Position numbers and translations under genes: made by a program. The notes beneath the pieces were generated by a model. The model saw nothing but the letters and a program-made list of their open reading frames with translations, did no database searches and had not been told where the DNA came from. A DNA stretch of 62,900 nt, filler included, from Octopus bimaculoides (taxonomy: Eukaryota), in the NCBI RefSeq assembly GCF_001194135.2. It is 9 parts of 7 records of this genome, joined end to end, with 100 filler letters (N's around TTAATTAATTAA, not from the genome) between each part and the next. Parts side by side here need not be neighbours in the genome. Positions count along the whole stretch, not along the records: positions 59,469 to 60,910 come from NW_026434479.1; positions 61,011 to 62,900 come from NW_026347239.1; 7 more parts are not named here. One strand, written 5' to 3'. Of this stretch, positions 59,425-62,900 are shown one piece after another; position 1 is the stretch's first letter; each line of letters starts with the position of its first letter.

Positions 59425-59837
59425 NNNNNNNNNNNNNNNNNNNNNNNNNNNNNNNNNNNNNNNNNNNNCAGATCAGATGTATTACCAAATATGATGAATA
59501 TCATTTTCAGAATTTTCAATGACTATACCATATAACATTGGAAACAGAAACAGTTGTTAGATGAGATACAGTGTAATTGTATTTAATTAAAAAGTAATAA
59601 TTGATGTTAGTCAATTGTTGTTGATCAATATNNNNNNNNNNNNNNNNNNNNNNNNNNNNNNNNNNNNNNAAACTCATGTTTATCTTTGTCATTACCTGTA
59701 ACCTATGAGCATAATATGCCTACATATGTATGTCCAGGGTTAACATAGGTAATTATACCGTTACTATAATGGATATTTTTATCCCTTAGATGGTTATTCC
59801 AACCTTTAACTCAACTAAACTTGTATATATATATATC

Positions 59838-59907
59838 ATTAAAGATATAGGGTAAAATATTATTAATTTATTAATAAATTAATAATCTTTTACCCTATAT
59901 CTTTAAT
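59838..59907. repeat. 70-bp spacer-less palindrome (35-bp arms, 1 mismatch)
   Basis: attaaagatatagggtaaaatattattaatttatt|aataaattaataatcttttaccctatatctttaat. Confidence 0.92.
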
Positions 59908-60769
59908 AATTATTCACTCCCTGATACTAAACCACAAATTTTTCTGCGGTATTGCTTGTGATGCACATGGTGATTCTTGAGGATGGATACGGATTGACTT
60001 GTCTATAAATTCGGACATGCTGCTTTTGTTATGTGATGCGCGATGTCGCCTGATCAAGCATNNNNNNNNNNGGTTTTTGCCAGCATTTTCAAATTTATAA
60101 TCTGGAATAACATACTGATGATGGAAATGAATTATTTTACTATTCTGATCCAGAAACGCGTATATGTTTAATTAGAGGCTGGTTAATTTCGTTATTTTTT
60201 TCTTCTTGTATTTGCCTATGTGAGTTACAGTTATTTGCTATTTGTTAGAGACTTATTCTAGTAGTAGAATTAGCACTTTAACTGCTATTTCTAATTTNNN
60301 NNNNNNNNNNNNNNNNNNNNNNNNNNNNNNNNNNNNNNNNNNNNNNNNNNNNNNNNNNNNNNNNNNNNNNNNNNNNNNNNNNNNNNNNNNNNNNNNNNNN
60401 NNNNNNNNNNNNNNNNNATATATATATATACTGTTTATGTCATAAAATTTAGAAACATCAAAAGACATGAAATAGAAAAAGTAAAATGCTGCCCAGTATT
60501 TACACACTATTATTTATAGCATAATCTACTTCGAGTACCATCATCAAAACAATTTATGTGTATATATGTATGCATGCATGTATGCATATCTGTTTGAATG
60601 CATGCATGTATTTTTCTCCTAGTTTTTACAGCTTTGCTGTCAACAGTAAAAGCATGTCTGAGCTTCTTAAAATGTTACACAATATTTGTAACTAAAAATG
60701 GCTCATAAACATGTTTGAGCTTTTAGTTGTTTTACAGACTAAGAGATTATTACCTTACTTGGAAACAGA

Positions 60770-60860
60770 TGAAGGTTGGCAACAGGAAAGGCATCCAGTC
60801 ACAGAAAATCTACCTTAGTTCTGCCTGATCCATGCAAGCATGGAAAAGTAGACATTAAAA
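60770..60860 (+). mobile_element. Old RTE 3' tail remnant
   Basis: ggttggcaacaggaaaggcatccagtc...ccatgcaagcatggaaaagtagacattaaaa. Confidence 0.7.
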
Positions 60861-60954
60861 CAATGAGATGATAATGATGATTGCTAAATCATCATCATCA
60901 TCATCATCATNNNNNNNNNNNNNNNNNNNNNNNNNNNNNNNNNNNNNNNNNNNN

Positions 60955-60966
60955 TTAATTAATTAA
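60955..60966. other. Artificial assembly linker TTAATTAATTAA
   Basis: 44 N + 12-mer + 44 N. Confidence 0.95.
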
Positions 60967-61011
60967 NNNNNNNNNNNNNNNNNNNNNNNNNNNNNNNNNN
61001 NNNNNNNNNNA

Positions 61012-61043
<32 letters not shown>

Positions 61044-61407
61044 CATACATATGTGTGTGTATATGTATCTAGTAGTACCCTCAGTCCGGTGTATATATAT
61101 ATATAGTCTCTATTACAGATTCTTTCCTCACACAAGGCAGAGAATATATATATCAAGTCACAAGAAGTGTCGAGAGAATTTTGGACGCAACGCCACTTAG
61201 AATTTAAGTGGATGAAATGCTCTATGGAATTGGTCCTACTTCAAGATTTAAGTGGAAGACATTTACGTAAACGCCGACTCGGCTTTTTTATGTATATAGG
61301 CCTAAAGAGACAAACAGGGAGAGATAGAGAGAGAGAGGAGGAGGAAAAGAGACGGAGGTAGAAGAAGAGAGAGAGAGAGAGGTAGGGTGGAGAAACTGCA
61401 AAAGTGC

Positions 61408-61447
<40 letters not shown>

Positions 61448-62867
61448 CTATACATACCTATGTATATGCACGTACATAAATACACACATAATATACATGC
61501 ATATAAAATTGCGTACTTCTGCCGCTCGATTTGATCGTTTCTATTTTTATGTGTATGCATGTATGTGTGTGTGAGTTTATGAATCTGTGTATTTCCATTT
61601 CACTCCAGCNNNNNNNNNNNNNNNNNNNNNNNNNNNNNNNNNNNNNNNNNNNNNNNNNNNNNNNNNNNNNNNNNNNNNNNNNNNNNNNNNNNNNNNNNNN
61701 NNNNNNNNNNNNNNNNNNNNNNNNNNNNNNNNNNNNNNNNNNNNNNNNNNNNNNNNNNNNNNNNNNNNNNNNNNNNNNNNNNNNNNNNNNNNNNNNNNNN
61801 NNNNNNNNNNNNNNNNNNNNNNNNNNNNNNNNNNNNNNNNNNNNNNNNNNNNNNNNNNNNNNNNNNNNNNNNNNNNNNNNNNNNNNNNNNNNNNNNNNNN
61901 NNNNNNNNNNNNNNNNNNNNNNNNNNNNNNNNNNNNNNNNNNNNNNNNNNNNNNNNNNNNNNNNNNNNNNNNNNNNNNNNNNNNNNNNNNNNNNNNNNNN
62001 NNNNNNNNNNNNNNNNNNNNNNNNNNNNNNNNNNNNNNNNNNNNNNNNNNNNNNNNNNNNNNNNNNNNNNNNNNNNNNNNNNNNNNNNNNNNNNNNNNNN
62101 NNNNNNNNNNNNNNNNNNNNNNNNNNNNNNNNNNNNNNNNNNNNNNNNNNNNNNNNNNNNNNNNNNNNNNNNNNNNNNNNNNNNNNNNNNNNNNNNNNNN
62201 NNNNNNNNNNNNNNNNNNNNNNNNNNNNNNNNNNNNNNNNNNNNNNNNNNNNNNNNNNNNNNNNNNNNNNNNNNNNNTATATATATATATATATATATAT
62301 GTACATACATACACGCACACGTACATATTTATAGATTTATGCATATCTCTCTACCTATCTATCTGTCAATCTGTCTAACCATCTGTATATCAATCTATCT
62401 ATCTATCTATCTATCTATGTCTATCAGTCTGTCTGTCTGTCTATCTATCTATCTGTGTCTGTCTGTCTACACCACACACACACACACACATACACACACA
62501 CAAGCACATATATACTTACGTATGTATGTATACATACAAGCATTCGCATTTCTACTCTCTTTCTCTCGCACCCTCTGTATGTATGTATGTATGTATGTGT
62601 GTGCGTGTGTGTGAATGGGTGTAGGATTTTAAACATTCCTCTCAGAAAAATAGAATGGAAAATTATTCAAATCATGCATACATTTGTATACATATTCGTT
62701 CATACACACATACATACATGCATACATACATACATACATACATACATAATACATATATCTATACATACATGCATACATACATACATACATACATACATAC
62801 ATACATACATACATGCATGCATACATATATATTCTTTATTCTTTATATATATATTATTTTATTCATT

Positions 62868-62900
62868 TATTTGTTTCAGTCATTTGACTGCGGCCATGCT
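62868..62900 (-). mobile_element. SINE family A tail (cut by the window end)
   Basis: ttgtttcagtcatttgactgcggccatgct. Confidence 0.8.

Overview
AT-rich, microsatellite-saturated eukaryotic draft-genome DNA. The repeat landscape (tRNA-headed SINEs, RTE/CR1-like LINEs, (TA)n/(GTAT)n/(CA)n tracts) and a C2H2-ZNF gene point to an octopod cephalopod (inference). The window is not one contiguous locus: eight identical 100-bp spacers (44 N + TTAATTAATTAA + 44 N) split it into nine pieces whose adjacency is unproven. Two host genes are supported. (1) A + strand C2H2 zinc-finger gene (12601-15719), apparently with one coding exon and interrupted by a gap. (2) Sixteen consecutive, phase-compatible internal exons (22889-34750, 2207 nt, about 735 codons, no stops) of a fibrocystin-L/PKHD1L1-like gene with IPT/TIG and PA14 domains; its 5' and 3' exons are not in the window. 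The rest is mobile DNA: a CR1/L2-group LINE with an internal duplication-inversion, a near-full-length RTE LINE plus fragments, two restriction-like-endonuclease LINE fragments (Hero-like and R4/Dong-like), a Penelope-like GIY-YIG fragment, mariner relics, and about four SINE-like families. No rRNA, true tRNA or CRISPR was found. I cannot demonstrate a new biological system from sequence alone. The best leads are: a SINE whose 16-bp target-site duplication copied a 5' splice site; a ZNF gene bracketed by two different higher-order minisatellites and carrying a 14-aa Cys repeat; a 39-bp minisatellite whose indels all preserve frame; a hammerhead-like fold in a Penelope-type terminal repeat; and a PA14 domain lacking its DD motif. 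Exon boundaries were counted base by base; repeat boundaries are approximate (+/-10-30 bp). Family names come from motif recognition, not database searches.
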